62,860 bases of DNA, filler included, from Dicyema japonicum (GCA_011109175.1; 9 parts of 9 records of this genome joined end to end with filler, not necessarily neighbours in it); one strand, 5' to 3'; counted from the whole stretch's first letter, positions 1 to 12,900 are shown. The notes: generated by a model from the letters alone, not told the origin. Translations and numbers: made by a program.

Positions 1-1289
1 AACACAAATAGCATAGGAACTGTCGTATTGTGAAATTCCTTTTTCAATAATATATCAAAATATTATTATTGTTGAGTTATGTTTCACTTTCCATCATAAA
101 ATAAGTTATCTGATTGCTTCAACAATCGATCCCGGGATTTCCGATTTCCAAGGAATTCCAATGAGAAACTATGGTCCACTGGGTAAAATGCTTATTTGAC
201 ATCCACCCATGCGGTAAACAATCCATATTAAAACATGTCTTCCTTTATTTTGGACCCTGGTAACGGCTTTAATTTTCCAAATTTACACTACCCACATGGA
301 TCGCAGGCTTAACTGGTAGCGTTCATCAATCGAGAACGAGAATTAAACTTTGTCCCTAACCATTCAGGCTATTTAACAGAAATTAGATCAATAGGGGCAG
401 GCAAAGCCTCTGCATTTCCAAGTAAGATGCATGGCAAGGGTTCAAAACACTTTTGGACAACAACTCAATGCGAATTGAAATCTGTATCAGGCATGTGCTC
501 AAAGTTTATATGAACAACAGGTGGAACAATATGGTTGACATTAAAAGAGTTCACGATTTTCTTGTCTAAAAAGCGCTCGAAATAGCAGAGGCATAATGCG
601 ATGAAAGAAATAACTTCGAGAGGCTCCAAAACGCTGGATATTCTGTGAAGCAGTGGCTCCAGGACTAAACATGACAAACAACAAGCCCGGCGTGATGATT
701 TTTTCCAATTGAAGTGTAGGAAATATCTGGGTTGAAACACCACTTGCGTTAGTATCTTCTCCATTTCTATTCACCAGGGAAATCCTTAAAGAAAAAAATG
801 ATAATTGGTATATGAAATGTAGTTATGTTAATAAAACAATTTTCATAAAACAATCATTATTATATTTAATAATAATAAATAAATATAGAAATAATCATTT
901 TTGGCCCCGTGGTGCCATGTCAAAAATTATTTTCCTTCTTTCCGATGGCGTCATTGGATCTACCCTACTGAAGAGACACCTAATGCATGGTCAGCATCAG
1001 GAAGGTCAAACTATTTTTTTTCGGGGGACAATGTCATTACCTGGAGACAAGTTATGGAACTCTGGAACGAGTCAGGATCAAGGAGTGAGTTTTGGTTACC
1101 CCTTGTCTTTGCAATATTTTAGTTTTTTAATTTAGAGGAGTTCCAACTCATCTCTATTTCATATATAATCAATGCTTCCATTTCCCCCTGTTTAATGAGA
1201 TATCTCACAACAATCACATTCCAAATATTTGTATTTCATTGTCTATTATGACCAATAGTTGAGTTTTGAATACCCCGCTAAGACAAGAT

Positions 1290-1440
1290 GACATGGGTGG
1301 CTACCAATATGGTATTAATGGGCAGTCTATAAAAATATTCAACCAGATTGACTACATCTTTTGCACAAATTCACTAAAGAGATTCGAGAAGTTACGGAGG
1401 GACATCACTTGACAGTGGACATAAACTGATCTTAGCACGG
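1290..1440 (+). mobile_element. RTE-like non-LTR remnant, APE endonuclease C-terminal motifs
   Basis: Reads ..IKIFNQIDYIFC.. and DSGHKLI, matching NQIDYI..DHK in ORF 49740-50381; stops and frameshifts. Confidence 0.5.
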
Positions 1441-2084
1441 ATTAATATGAACGGTACTTTGGCATAATGCATAGTTGGCAGCTTTATGCTTAATCAAAAA
1501 GATATCACATTGGCCTCTATTTCATGACATTATTTCAAGTTGACAATGCAAGGATCATTTGAACACCTAACCACGTGCTACCAGTATTATAAAAGAAGTG
1601 ATCAGTGCATTTATCGGCTGAAAAATAATCGTTCGGCGAGCTACGACGGCGTTCCCGGGAGCTGTTCAAATATGCCTCAGAATGGTTGGGCTAACTATTA
1701 TTATCGTGGAAATTAAAAACAAATGATGCACATCCACCTTCCCATAGGAGACGAAGTATTACTACCACTTCACAAACCTCTAAAAAATAAGGATTATTAG
1801 AAAATGGAGAACCTATTATCTTATTGAAGTGGACTTTATATCCACCAATAATAACTTGCATGAGTACGTGCTACGTACAGCAGAGATATCACTCACAAAA
1901 TGGAATCTAGAGATAAATCTAAAAAAACAGGCTATGCACAAATTAGACGCACACCGTCAAGAAAGGAAGAAAAATGAGGTACGAAAAGAATCCTGGTTTA
2001 CTGTAGGAGAACCGGACGATATCAGGAGAAGAAAGATGCTGGACACTATCTTTTTTATTGAAATATGTAATATTGGATACAAAG

Positions 2085-2484
2085 AAGGCACATCTCTCTC
2101 GGACAAAATTAAAATTGTATAACACGTTTATCTGTCCCATTTTGTTATACAACTCGGGCACCTGAGGGTCAAGTAAACAAGAGCTGGATAAACTTAATAC
2201 GATACATCGGCGGAACCTCAGGACCATTCTCAATATACAATGACTGAGGAAAATATCAAATAAAAAATTATACAAAATATGCAACGCTAAACCAAAAAGC
2301 AATGAAATTGTGGAGTCCAGATAGGACCATTTATTTGGAAGTTCCAAGGCAAAACTGCGATACACCATGTATGATTGCCATGGAAGAATATTTCAATCCA
2401 ACGGAAAACCTGATTTACATTACTAGTATGCCTAAGAGAAGACTTTCAAAGGATCGGAAAACTTTTAAGCGAACGAGCCATTAA
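2085..2484 (+). mobile_element. RTE-like non-LTR 3' remnant
   Basis: With frameshifts reads KLYNTFICPILLYNSGT..LDKLNTIHRRNLR..KISNKKLY; same family as 20594 and 52040. Confidence 0.7.
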
Positions 2485-2944
2485 CTAATTAACAAGCAAT
2501 TGGACGTAGTCTTCCTCCAAGATAGTTACGCTTGAGAAAAATCTTTGCTTAAAAGCTCATTCTCCATTTTATAACAAATTAACTTTTGCTTAATTAGAGA
2601 AGTATACAATCTTCAGTTATAAGCTATGGTTGGAATCTTTCTTTTGTTAAAAAGAATTCCCTTTGATGTGATTTGTGGATTGTTATACTCCGTGTTATAA
2701 ATCATGTTGTCGGGGACGTTTGGCTGATACTAAAAGACTGGAATTATTTATGATTTTTAGCTCAGAAATAGGAATTTAGAATTGTTCCACGCTAAAATAA
2801 CGTTCTATTAGGAAGTTACTCAGAGGTCATCCATTCTCCATAAGAAAATTATTTAACAAATGAATTGATAATACTGTAATCTGCTATTTTGGGACTTTCG
2901 GTTAGGAGGAGTTTTACTGTATAATTTTAAAATATTTTTGTCTT

Positions 2945-2979
2945 TCTTTCTCGGTGATCCCGGGTTTTAAATAAATAAT
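2945..2979 (+). mobile_element. 3' terminus of ingi-like LINE/SINE (stem-loop plus TAAA tail)
   Basis: CTCGG-TGATC-CCGGG hairpin followed by TAAATAAATAA; same end as 56910-56952. Confidence 0.55.
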
Positions 2980-3049
2980 CCACACGAGAGAACCGTGATG
3001 ATCTCAGTAGATTTGAGAAGGTTTTTGACTCATTATCACGGAAAATCCT

Positions 3050-3328
3050 CTGCAAAAATTTTTATGAGGTCGATCTACCTTAAAATTTAAGCATGGTTGG
3101 CTTACTTCATCAACGGTAAAATTGGTCAAGTGGAGGCAAACAACCATAAATCAAAACCGCGATACCTTCCAAATACCACAAAAATCACCGTTGTCACCAA
3201 CATTATTCAACAGTTCCTCAGTATCGTACGCGGATGATCTTGTTATTGTAGCGAAATATCGAATAGTTGAGGAATCGACCGCTCCGTACAAGAAATGTTA
3301 TGTCACGAACGAAGTCGACACGAGCTAA
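3050..3328 (+). mobile_element. ingi-like reverse transcriptase remnant
   Basis: IPQKSPLSPTLFN and YADDLVIVA motifs, similar to the RT at 25.5 kb; internally deleted. Confidence 0.6.
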
Positions 3329-3469
3329 AATGTGATATCTCATCAATCTCAACCATTGTCAAAAAATAAAAATTAATCAATTTTTTCAAAGAAATAAAAA
3401 CTAATCATAGTTAACTACAGTAAAACCCCGGCTTGAGTCACCTTCTATATATGTTGCCTCAAACAGAAC

Positions 3470-3650
3470 GCCAGATCGGCTGCCGATCCATCGACTGCGC
3501 CGAGCTGAAAATCATCGAGTTCGAGAATCAACACAAGTGTAATCCCATACTAGCGATTTTCCCTCAACAACGGAAAGATTGTTAACCCATCCGATCTTTT
3601 CACGTCTCCGCGGTCCAATCCCACTGCTCTAGCACTGCCGGAGAGCCAGA
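3470..3650 (-). mobile_element. CRE-like non-LTR remnant, restriction-like endonuclease
   Basis: Minus strand reads VGLDRGDVKRSDGLTIFP..GKSLVWDYTCVD across frameshifts. Confidence 0.65.
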
Positions 3651-4427
3651 GAGTTTATTTAATTTAAAGTTTAAATCACCGAGATGCCATAAAATATAAG
3701 AACTGAGGATTATGGAGTACTAATTATAATTTATACATATAGGTTATATACTTCCAAGAATACAGGATGACTAGTGATATAACAATTGTTACAAAAAATT
3801 AACAGAATCGAAAAAACTTTAATTATTCTTGATGATGCTTGATGCCACATTTGTCAAAATTCATTATTTAATGCCTGTCTTGATGTTTTTAGACTGAACG
3901 TCTCCAAGAAATTACAAAAATACAAAATTGGGGAAAATTAGCGATTACTATTTTAACTAATAAATAAAATGGCTTTTTTATTTTAACATGTTATTTAATT
4001 TAAAACAAATTAAAAAATAGTATTAAAAAGGATAAATAATTTTAGGGGGCAACCTATGGATTTAGGGCGCTTTTTATTGGGCAGGGCTTAAACTTTATTT
4101 TTTTAAGCCGTCTAGAATAAACTTTCGTCACTGAACTTTCACTATTTTGAACGTTGACAAAAAAATGTGACAATTTTGTTACGACATGACAGCTTGGTAT
4201 GGATGTTAAAAAATTTGTAGACACAGAGAAGGATTAGTCCCATATTATTTCTGAATACGAACCTTTTAAGTAATTATAAACTGAATACAATAACACTAAT
4301 GTTCAATTTCATATTTAGATCGATGCANNNNNNNNNNNNNNNNNNNNNNNNNNNNNNNNNNNNNNNNNNNNTTAATTAATTAANNNNNNNNNNNNNNNNN
4401 NNNNNNNNNNNNNNNNNNNNNNNNNNN

Positions 4428-4625
4428 AAAATTCGCTAGTGGCTGCACCGCGGATAGCAAACGAGTTACCTCGCAAGATTGCTATAGATACCCTCTGGTA
4501 CAGCCAGCTGGTTTCCCGGTGGTCATTAGTCTGCTTTCCGATGAGATTCCCAATGACAGAGAGAATCCTCTTCCCCGCGGACCCAATCACTCCGCTCGTC
4601 TCCACGGAAATTGGGACGAAGTGAT
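4428..4625 (-). mobile_element. CRE-like non-LTR C-terminal fragment
   Basis: FVPISVETSGVIG..RETSWLYQRVSIAILRGNS; near-identical copy at 13030-13140. Confidence 0.75.
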
Positions 4626-4639
4626 ATGGGTGCAGATCG

Positions 4640-5579
4640 TTCCAAAAAAGTGGTAACTTCAATATTTCTTTGCCGGGTCAAATCGGAAACCCCGTTGTTT
4701 GGTGTGTGCAGAAGAAATTTCAGTGGTCAAAGATATAACATTCGACGACACGACGAAACCCACTTTGCTCAAGAATACAATAACTTGACGGGAAAAATGA
4801 GAAAGGATAACTACGACGCATTACTTGCATGTCTGCAGAAGCAGTAATTTTCTTTTACCAAATTTCGGGATGATAGTGAGGCAGCTGTCAAAGCTAGCTA
4901 CGTTATTTCTCGGGAAATAGCGTTAGCATCAAAAAGTAATTATAGTGACTGACCACTGATTTGCATAATCAACTCAAAAAAATCAGTTCATTTTTTTCTA
5001 TTGCCATTGACTAGAGCACCGACATTATGGATGTGGTTTAGTTAGCTATATTCATTCGTGGTGTGGGAGAGAATTTGACAGTCACAGAGGAATTCCTTGA
5101 TCTGATATCTATGATAGACACCACTACGGCATGAAATATTTAAATCTCTCGTCAGTGTGTTGGATAACTTCGGAGTGGAATGTGGATGGTGCTCCATCAA
5201 TGATTGGGAAAAAAACTGGCGTTGTGGCTCAATTCAGAGAGAAGGTTCAGGCTGCAAATTTTTCTGATCTTGCAGCTAACTTACAATTGGAAATGATTGA
5301 TTTGAAATATGACTCGTATCTGAAAAATAAATTTCCTCTGGTGACCTTAGACAGCTTTTATAGACATCTCTTGTCGAAGTATCCAAACTTAACAGCCTTA
5401 GCTGCGAAGATTTTTTCAATGTTTGGAAGTACACATCTATGTGAACGATTTATTATAAAAATCATAATAGGAAACAAATATCCTGTTAAATCGCAAAAAT
5501 TCAAAAATTAATATTCTGGCCCGCGGAATCCAAAATTTGTTTAATCCGGCCCGCGGAAGAAATGAGTTTGACACCCCTG
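4640..5579 (+). mobile_element. hAT transposon remnant (SPIN/GTF2IRD2-like), deleted
   Basis: KP.CLVC..YNIRRHDETH N-terminal motif; KIFSMFGSTHLCE dimerisation motif; right TIR GTTTGACACCCCTG ending at 5579, inverse of the left TIR at 23478. Confidence 0.8.
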
Positions 5580-6109
5580 NNNNNNNNNAACACTGAGCAA
5601 TTTTTCAGACCTATAAAATAAATTTACCGTGGTGGGCTTAAATCGCTTTTATATTGAAACTCCTGCTCTAAATTCTTAGAGCCTGACATCAAAATTATAA
5701 CATTGAACAAATAATTCTGGTGTTGAGTCTATAATTGGATGTTTTATTCATATAAATAAAATTTATATTTATTTAGAATTCTCTAATTAGCCTATTTTTA
5801 ATGGCAAGCCTAATAAATAAAAGCACGCTGATACACATGGTTGATTTAGTTTGTTATTGTTTATGTTTTTTCTTTGTTTTTTATTTATATTTATTTGGAA
5901 GGAATAATTCTTATGAAATGTAATTTTGTGATAACACGGTTTTAAATTTCATCATTTGTATAAATTATTTTGATTTTATTCCTTCAAGTCCATTTCTTTT
6001 ACTATTTTGAGATCTGTATATTTTCCCTTTTATACTTTTTTTATACATGCGAATTATCCAAAATGATGACTCGAAAAAATTTTCTCGAAGGGTCAAAATC
6101 ATTCCACCA

Positions 6110-6470
6110 AAGGATTGACTATCTGCTGGCCATGTTTTTATTTTGTTTTTTGAGCTTCCCCTCCTCTGTAACTATTAATCATACAAATAAATTAACCTCG
6201 GCCATCCCCCAGTATGAACATCTTTATTGGATGCTCGGAACACAAATTTAAACATCATTTCGAAAAGTTCGGCCTTTTCGAGGTTTCCATTCGAGACAAG
6301 TCTGTAAAATTATATTAATTAAATACTCTTTCTCAAAGTCGTCGCTTATCACGATTGCTCCTGACCCAATTGCGGAAAATGTTTCTCTTTTGAAATACCC
6401 ATCGGTGGATATTTCAAAGAGTTCATAACTTTGGTTTTCTTCGTTATATCCCCCCACAACAAGTTTCTAA
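6110..6470 (-). pseudogene. Proteasome beta-type subunit (Ntn hydrolase), C-terminal half, frameshifted
   Basis: VVGGYN..FEISTDG..FSAIGSG, then in a shifted frame RASNKDVHTGG (RD.xSGG-like motif). Confidence 0.55.
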
Positions 6471-6949
6471 ATGAATCTGATATTCTGGTTGGATTAAATT
6501 ATGTAGTTTATCGTATTAATAAAGATAATCCGCCTAAGAAATTAATCAGATTACAGATATTCTATATGTGACATGGGCAGCTGGGTTTGCATGGGCAATC
6601 GGTTACATTTTACCTTGAAAAATCTTAATTTAACCTTGAACAAATCATATCTATCTATAATTTTTTTTCTAAACTTTATCTCCGACACTAAACTCGTATT
6701 TACTATTGTGGACATTCATTTTTTATTCATTGCCTTATAGTAGGCTGAGTTTCCATCAATGGGATTAAATTTGAATTTTTTTGGACTTTGACAATTAGAA
6801 TCGCCTAAATATAAATTCCAAGTTAAAATACTTGAATTTTCAATTGAGTCTAAATTTGAACAAATTTCTGAATTTTCAATGATTTTCAATATTTTCTAAA
6901 AACATAATTTGATAATTATAACCTGCAACAACAGTGTTTATTCCGCTTA

Positions 6950-7340
6950 TCCCTCGATATCTTTCGAAAGGACTCTGATTTGAAAATGAGTGTACAGCCT
7001 TGTTCTAACAGTACACTGCATTTTCCAAAATCTCAGAGCGTGTATCATAGTGCAAAAATGTTGAAATTAATATTTTCTTTATATTGTTTTACTAAATGCA
7101 ATTCTTGAATTTTTCTCCAGTTTTACTGCCTTAGATGATAATAACATCCTTTAATATGTATTCGTCTCCCAACTACTGCAAGGACAGCTCGAAATACCGA
7201 ATCTTCACAGTCTGCCATAATAGTTTCAAGACAAAATTCAAATTATAAATTGCATTTTGAATAGTCTCAAAAAATTCTTCGTAAATTTTTCTTGATTTAG
7301 AACTTTGGAATTTGCCAATAACGTTAAATTAGTATTGGTG
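6950..7340 (-). mobile_element. MULE (Mutator) transposase remnant
   Basis: IMADCEDSVFRAV..IKGCYYHLRQ*NWRKIQELHL..YK, a MULE-domain pattern; in-frame stop. Confidence 0.55.
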
Positions 7341-7400
7341 CTGAAGAAGAATTTTATTTTTTATAATGTTTTTGAAGGTTACGCTATTTAATTAAGATTT

Positions 7401-8426
7401 TCACTCTCTGTTGTTGGAGATCTCTCTCCTCCTTTTAGCGGGAGTGTTTGCTACCTGTTCCTCATTCTCCTCGCTCTCTCTCTCTTCGCCAGGCAAAGTT
7501 GTCATATGTCCCGTAGGTTCAATTGACGTGTCCCAAGAGCATGCCAGTTCGACAAGTTGGTGGGTAGCAGAGGCGTACTCTTCACCAGATACCCTCATCC
7601 CATGCTTGTGTTCAATTAGCATACTTTCGAGAATAAACTTGAGATCTGTATATTCCGACTGCAGTTTTATGAGTGCGACTTCTGAAGAGAGTAAATTTTC
7701 ATATTTTTTCGCTAATTTAATTATCTCCTCTTTTCAAAATTCAAAGTTTGTCTGATTTTGAATTGCTTGAGTGTCAAATGCTACCCATTCTCTTAATTCG
7801 TCAGCTGGAAATCTTCCTTGTAAATGCAGATAAACATGCTCGATAAAGCATAGGATTTCATCTGTATTTGTATCTCCATAACCAGTTGTTGATAACAACA
7901 TCTTCACACTGTCACTCCAGTAAACTTCATTTCCATTTAAATATTGAGATTTCAGCTTCGAAATTTTTGCTCTGGCAAACTGTACAGCTTCTATGGTCGA
8001 TTTTGCCATGTGATCATGTATATTCATAACAGAAAGTAATGAAGCATTCATGGAGAGAGCCAAAATAACATTGTCAATGAGAATTTTCACTTGTTCAATT
8101 TTACTTCGTGCACGATCACTCATTTTGAATCTCATCTGTCGGTCATCCTTAGACTCTGTGAGCAAGCAGCTGATTCCAGTTCCTGCTCGAATTCTTCTTA
8201 ATTTTATTATTGAATCAGAATGAATTTTATGGATAATATGTCTCTTCAGATAATCCAATTTCCATATATCCAAGGTTTTTCCACTCGCAAAATCACAAGT
8301 CGCTTTAGTGTCGGCACATATTTTACAAACAACTCCGCAGTCTTCGGAAAAACTAAAAATATCATCCAATTGCACATGCTGGAGAATTTTTGAATCTGGT
8401 GTTAAGGTTTCGATGTACTCTATCAA
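7401..8426 (-). mobile_element. hAT transposase remnant (ZNF862-like)
   Basis: CKIC..WKLDYLKRH..H zinc-finger start; internally deleted core; split ORFs 7734-8426 and 7401-7622. Confidence 0.7.
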
Positions 8427-8512
8427 CCATTCCGGCTTAAAAGAAGCAGAATTTTTCTTAAGTCATATCAATATTATCAACACGTTTTCGTTTTGAAATG
8501 AAAATAAGAATA

Positions 8513-9345
8513 CAGTGGGTCAAATTAGTCTTGGGACACTTGTTTATTTTTAATAAAATTTTATTTTCTATAACATAACTGTTTCTATTTAATTTTTTCC
8601 AAAAGTATAAAAGTGCACCTAGTTTTTTTACATCATAGATCATTAAAAAAATTACAAAATTAGTTTAATTTATAGAAAAATTTTTCATTTATATCCAAGA
8701 GCTGGAATATCTTGTGCCAAATTAGTCTTGGGACAGTTGGGTATTTATTTACTTTTTGATAAAATAATTGGATTCATCTTCTTATCGACCAATGAAATTA
8801 TACTAATTTCGAATTCATTCGTATATTTAAACGATTATTAACATCATTTGCGATTAATATTTTGTACATGCCTAAGCGAAAGGAACATTCAGAAGACATA
8901 AAAAATCTTATACTTCTTGAATATAATGCAGGAAAATCAATCCGAAAAATTTCCGAAAGTGTTCATATTCCGAAGAGTACAGTATGGAACATTATCAATA
9001 AATGGAAATTATTAAAAACTACCAAAATAAGCCAAGATCAGGACGACCGAAAAAACTCAAAAATGGCTAGAAGAACATTTAATTAATACCCTTGAATGGC
9101 CAAGTCAGTCCCCAGATTTAAATCCGATTGAAAATCTTTGGAAAGAATTAAAAGCCAAAGTATGGGCACATAATCCCAAAAATATCACGGAATTAAAATC
9201 ATTTTGTTTCGAAGAATGGAATAAAATTCCCGTAGAAACTTGTAAAAAGCTTGTGAGCAATTATAAAAATCGTTTAAATGCAGTTTTGGAGAATAAAGGA
9301 TACTTTACAAAGTATTAAGGGATTTGTCCCAAGACTAATTAGCAT
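8513..9345 (+). mobile_element. Tc1-family transposon, deleted, with IR/DR-type ends
   Basis: TA|CAGTG start; AATTAGTCTTGGGACA at ~8522 and ~8720 and inverted at 9325-9340; HTH (SIRKISESVHIPKSTVWNII) joined to WPSQSPDLNPIENLW. Confidence 0.85.
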
Positions 9346-9458
9346 TTGATTTTATGACTGTTTGTTTAAAATGTCAAAGTTTTCTTAAAATAAATCGATT
9401 TTGGATTATTTTTAAATGTTTTATAATGTAGAAAACCCTGTTTAATTTTTTTGCTAAG

Positions 9459-10495
9459 TTGTCTTCAGATCAAAAAAACACATTAAAATTAATCTCGAGG
9501 AATAAACCATCAATTTCTGCTGTGTCTCTTTCTGAAATTGCCAAAACCAATTTTAATGTTGACGTCTCTCCCAAAACAATTGGTCGGATACTGAATTCGT
9601 TTTGGTTGCATGCCGGAGTAGCAAAACATAAACCTCTTTTGACTTCAAAAAACATCAATTCCAGATGGTTAATTTCGAAATAGTTTTTATCCATATCTGA
9701 CAAAGAATGGAAGAGAGTCATCTTCTCGGATGAATCATGTTTTGAGGTTTATAATATTAAAGTACGAAATATTGTTTTCTGTGAAAACGGTTCTGGCTAT
9801 CAAAATTCCAATATTGTGTACTGTTAAGTACGGTGGAGGAAAGTTAATGCTGTGGGATGTTTCTCATATGAAAGTGTGGGCAATCTTGTCATCATTAATG
9901 ACAAAATGAACAGTGAAAAATATATAAACATTTTGTCAAATAATCTCGAACAATCATCGCTGAAAATGGGGCTAAACTCGTTAATTTTTTAGCAAGATAA
10001 TGCGCCTTACCATACTTCGCGGGTAGTAACTGAATATATGAAAGATAGAAAATATACAATTCTTGATTGGGCATCTCAATCACCTGATCTGAATCCAATA
10101 GAGCATGTCTGGGCGATGTTTAGAGTAAATTATTGCAAAATCCCCCCCAAAATTTGAAAGATTTGGAAACAAAATTATTTGCAATATGGGAGTCACTACC
10201 AACAAAATACCTAGAAAATCAACTTCAAAAAGAAGTTTGGAAGTTTATTAGGCACGTGGGGGGATATCAACTTATTAAATTTTAATTCTTTTTATTAAAA
10301 TTAAAAAAATCCAAATAATTATGTCCAGCAAAATTTAAATTTTGCGTTAAAATTCAATTTTAAAATGAAACAATAATTTTTAATATTAAACAAATAATTC
10401 GAATGTTGCTAAGAATTGTTTTAAAACATTCATTTATAATTTTTTAAAGAAAAAAGTCGATTTATAACAGATCTAATTTTTTCTGTCGGGCACTG
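9459..10495 (+). mobile_element. Tc1-family transposon (DD34E), degenerate
   Basis: VIFSDES, QDNAPYH and SPDLNPIEHVW motifs across frameshifts; ends CACTG|TA. Confidence 0.85.
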
Positions 10496-10513
10496 TAGTT
10501 CCTTAATATTCAA

Positions 10514-11010
10514 ATGCTTCACACACGCAAAATGGATTCAATTGAAAGTATAAATTATGAAAACCCTGTCATTGAAAATTACGAATATATTCTAGAAAAA
10601 ATGAACATAAGTGATCCTTTAGAAGAGAGACTTTATATCGAAATTGACTACAATGAAAATGAAGAATTTGATTTGAATGATTCCGAGACAATAGAACAAG
10701 AAATGGATAGTGAAGAACCCCTACAGGAAAGTCAGAAAGGTGTAACTTTTAACGAGGCTTTTCAAGCTTTAAATAAATTAAAAGAATTCTATAATCAAGA
10801 AGAATTCTTCGATGTCGAAAATCTCGAATCTATTGAAAAGCTTGGATCTTCAATGATCCGAATTCTAAAAAAAACAAATCAAAAATTACTGATTTTTTGT
10901 GTTATAAATAATTTTTTTGCTTTACATTATTAATGGATGGAAAAATCAATAAGTCTCTCGAATCCGCCATTTCACGGGGATCGGCAAAATCTGGCGGATT
11001 CGAGAGACTT
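10514..11010 (+). mobile_element. pogo/Tigger-like 3' remnant with terminal hairpin
   Basis: Acidic tail plus VTFNEAFQAL helix; perfect 19-bp inverted repeat 10951-10969/10992-11010, related to 22855-22916. Confidence 0.55.
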
Positions 11011-11254
11011 TATAAACAAAGGCCTCGGGGTGTTCCGTTATTAAAGAAAATACACATTTCTATACGAATTAAATATGCCAAACATCTTTTAAATAAAGAA
11101 AACGAGACGCTTCGCTTCATTATGGTTTTAGGAATTCAAACAGAAATAAAATCGCGCAAATAAATGCAAAGGATTTACAAACACCACTAATAATGAATGT
11201 GGGCATTTATTCAATCACACAAATCGCACTAATATATTCAGAGGACAAGAAAGA

Positions 11255-11650
11255 ACTAAGCTTTTAATTCCATCAGACGTGATCACCTACTGGAGTGCTG
11301 CCGCGAACTGGTTCTTTTCGCATATCCTCTTGTGCATCTCTCATATGCTTCCCCAAATATCCTTATGTTCGACGATGTTCCTATCTCTTCGTCTACCGGG
11401 GTCCAGCAGGGTGATTCCCTGGGCCCCGTGCTTTTTTCCATGGGTGTTAACACAGAGGTGACCTTCTTTCCGACTTTGACAATATCCTCAGGCTCGGTAC
11501 GAGCTCACTTTGCAATCTGGCCTTCGACGATCCTGGCTGGACTCAAGCATCTCTACCTGTGCGCTGAGGCGGACTTGGCATGAGATCCTATTCCGATCTG
11601 GCCCTCCCTGCATTCCTATCCGCTCACTCTGCTTCACGTTCTCTCTCAGT
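11255..11650 (+). mobile_element. CRE-like reverse transcriptase fragment
   Basis: AFNSIRRD, GVQQGDSLGPVLF and WTQASLPVR*GGLG motifs. Confidence 0.75.
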
Positions 11651-11689
11651 GTGCATTAAGGTGGATACTCCAATACGTATCTCGATTAT

Positions 11690-11990
11690 TGTCCAGCACA
11701 ACAAACCCGACATTGTGGTCAACGATAAGGTCACACGGGCGAGATTATTATAATGGAGGTGGTCATCACATGTCTAGATCGTTTGCAGACAGTGGAAGTA
11801 GAAAAGAGGAGGAAGTATGACCTCTCGCAAACAGGTAAGAGGACTCTGCAGAGCATCTCGTTTGATGCTCACCGATCCGGTCATTTTCTAACATTTTGTC
11901 AGCGAGAGGCGCTGGACTGCACCTTCTTGGAGGTCTACAGAGTCAGAGAATAGGATGAAGAAAAGGAGGTGCGTAGAGTGCCACCCCTTG
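11690..11990 (+). mobile_element. R2/R4-like non-LTR restriction-like endonuclease fragment
   Basis: HNKPDIVV..IIMEVVIT..LQTVEVEKRRKYD (PD..E..K); same family as 31033-32043. Confidence 0.7.
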
Positions 11991-12329
11991 TTCACTCCGA
12001 AAGGCCAGTACGTAGCTATGCAATTAAACGGTTAATTAGCTTTTTTTATTAATAAAGGTGTGAGATTATACCTTTACTTTTTAACTTATTAATTCGAAAG
12101 CGGTCCCACAAACGAAAGTTTAATTGTATATAAATACGTTGAATAAATTGAGATTACCATTATAAGGAAACCATTAATTAGTCATAATGAAAACTAACAG
12201 TAAGAAACACAAGTATCGTTAATAAATCTCAATTCAGCTGGAATCTGATAAATCATTTCTAATAAAAAAAGTGTTTCTCTCTTTTTTCCTAATTTTCAAA
12301 AAAATAATGGAATACATAAATTTTACATT

Positions 12330-12900
12330 ATTCACTATTTTTAATAGCGTCCAACTCAAATTTCAATTTCTTATTTTCCTTGATTAATTCTTCATTAAGA
12401 AATTATAATTTGTAATTTCTCTTTTCATTTCTTGAATCTGAAAATTGAGGCTTTCGTTGTTCAATTTATTCGCAGTGTAAATATTCAGTTTCTCAGTAAT
12501 CTAAAAAATAAATTTTTTAATTTATATACTCTTTGATTATCTTTCTTGAGACAAATAACATCCTTTTGAAGTGATTCGATGATCTTTCTTTTTGTTTCCA
12601 TATAATTATTTACGGCGTCCAGTTGGGTTTTTTGTAGTGCATTTAAGGAGTTTACATCTTTCTCCGACATATTTTTTTGATCAAAGTTACGTAAAAAAAC
12701 ACAAAATGGATTTTTGGCATCTGATAGACCTATTCTACTCAGATATAATTCATTTTATCTTTGTAATCCTAAAATGTTGAAACAAAAATTAGACTAGAAG
12801 CGAGTTTATAATATCATCTCTTAGTTTAAATTGTGCCTTTAGGTGTTCGATTAAATCCTGATACTTTTCTCCAAAATGTTCCATTTCAGATCGTTCTTAC
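12330..12900 (-). pseudogene. Coiled-coil protein gene fragment with two tiny introns and apparent frameshifts
   Basis: GT-AG introns at 12769-12794 (26 nt) and 12501-12529 (29 nt) join heptad-rich exons; two 1-nt frameshifts needed. Confidence 0.45.

Noticed and set aside
1-800. Minus-strand ORFs 465-764 and 541-774 and a pogo-like GWM..F..W match near 200
   Set aside because: No consistent family motif; cannot assign
4328-4427. TTAATTAATTAA palindrome between N runs, recurring at ~15550, 21090, 41145, 48250, 50560, 53240 and 61240
   Set aside because: Artificial contig-joining linker (stops in all frames); ORFs running into it and adjacency across it are not biological
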